The notes beneath the pieces were generated by a model that did no database searches, was not told the origin of the DNA, and saw nothing but the letters and a program-made list of their open reading frames with translations. DNA of 64,000 bases, from positions 1,584,776-1,648,775 of the forward strand of contig NW_004797349.1 of NCBI RefSeq assembly GCF_000002075.1. Reading direction: 5' to 3'. Below, one piece after another: positions 63,525 to 64,000 of the stretch. Numbering within the stretch: the first letter of the stretch is position 1; every line of letters starts with the position of its first letter. This stretch comes from Aplysia californica (Eukaryota). A program made the translations under genes and the position numbers.

Positions 63525-64000
63525 CAGTCCACTCCGGCTTTAAGCACGGTCATCTCGAGAAAGCTGAAGCGTGCTTGAGTGCGAAGTAGATATAATCCAG
63601 AGATTTTCATGTAGAATATTTCCTGTGCAATTTCCCTTAGTAAGTAAGCCTTTAGTGGTCCTGCAAAAGTGTGCACTGTTATTTTTACCCGCCATGGTAG
63701 TTTTCATTTGTTTGTTTGTTTTGTCTTTTGGTCGAATGGGAAATGAAAACTTAATTTAGACGGCCAGTCACGATACAGCACACTAGGCCTACACACTGCC
63801 GGTGCGTACCACTGCCCCACATTCATACCACCGCCTTCACCCCCTAAACACGGTCTTTGATCCCACCTCGCGCGTGATAGTGATACCAAATCAGGATTAT
63901 CGGATAGCAAGGGGCAATAAGGTGAAATCGCAGCCTGCCCCCTTTTCTCATCTCCCCGACCCTCTTTGTATTTTTTTTTTGTCCATGTGTAGCTTTGCCC
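63525..64000. mobile_element. MITE family A, copy 3 (truncated by window end)
   Basis: TA + cagtcc...ggctttaagcacgg, colinear with copy 2. Confidence 0.85.

Noticed and set aside
629-63910. Remaining short ORFs in the six-frame track
   Set aside because: Low-complexity, gap-spanning, antisense to real exons or within repeats; no recognisable domains or splice support.

Overview
Eukaryotic (animal; repeat landscape suggests a lophotrochozoan/mollusc, inference only), AT-rich draft-assembly window with five N gaps. Four spliced protein-coding genes were reconstructed by hand with consistent splice phases, as two head-to-head pairs: FAM136A (-, 3 exons, 140 aa, GC-AG first intron) with WDR34/DYNC2I2 (+, 12 coding exons, 502 aa, one U12-type minor intron), and PAAT/C10orf88 (-, 5 exons, ~419 aa) with KGD4/MRPS36 (+, 4 exons, 98-99 aa, NAGNAG acceptor). 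Between the convergent WDR34 and PAAT 3' ends lies a transposon graveyard: a decayed piggyBac transposase and a near full-length DIRS tyrosine-recombinase retrotransposon (gag, RT, RNase H, Dam-like methyltransferase, YR, ITR/ICR) carrying a nested LINE fragment. A 5'-truncated RNase H-bearing LINE with a nested tRNA-SINE separates PAAT and KGD4. Introns are rich in MITEs (Tc1/mariner-Tigger, piggyBac, Kolobok-like, hAT-like, Helentron-like with telomere-type repeats). The most intriguing unexplained signal is a strong excess of the palindrome TAGGCCTA, with one direct TA versus TAGGCCTA indel between two paralogous MITE copies. No CRISPR, rRNA or intact tRNA genes were seen. Most ORFs in the supplied track are spurious.
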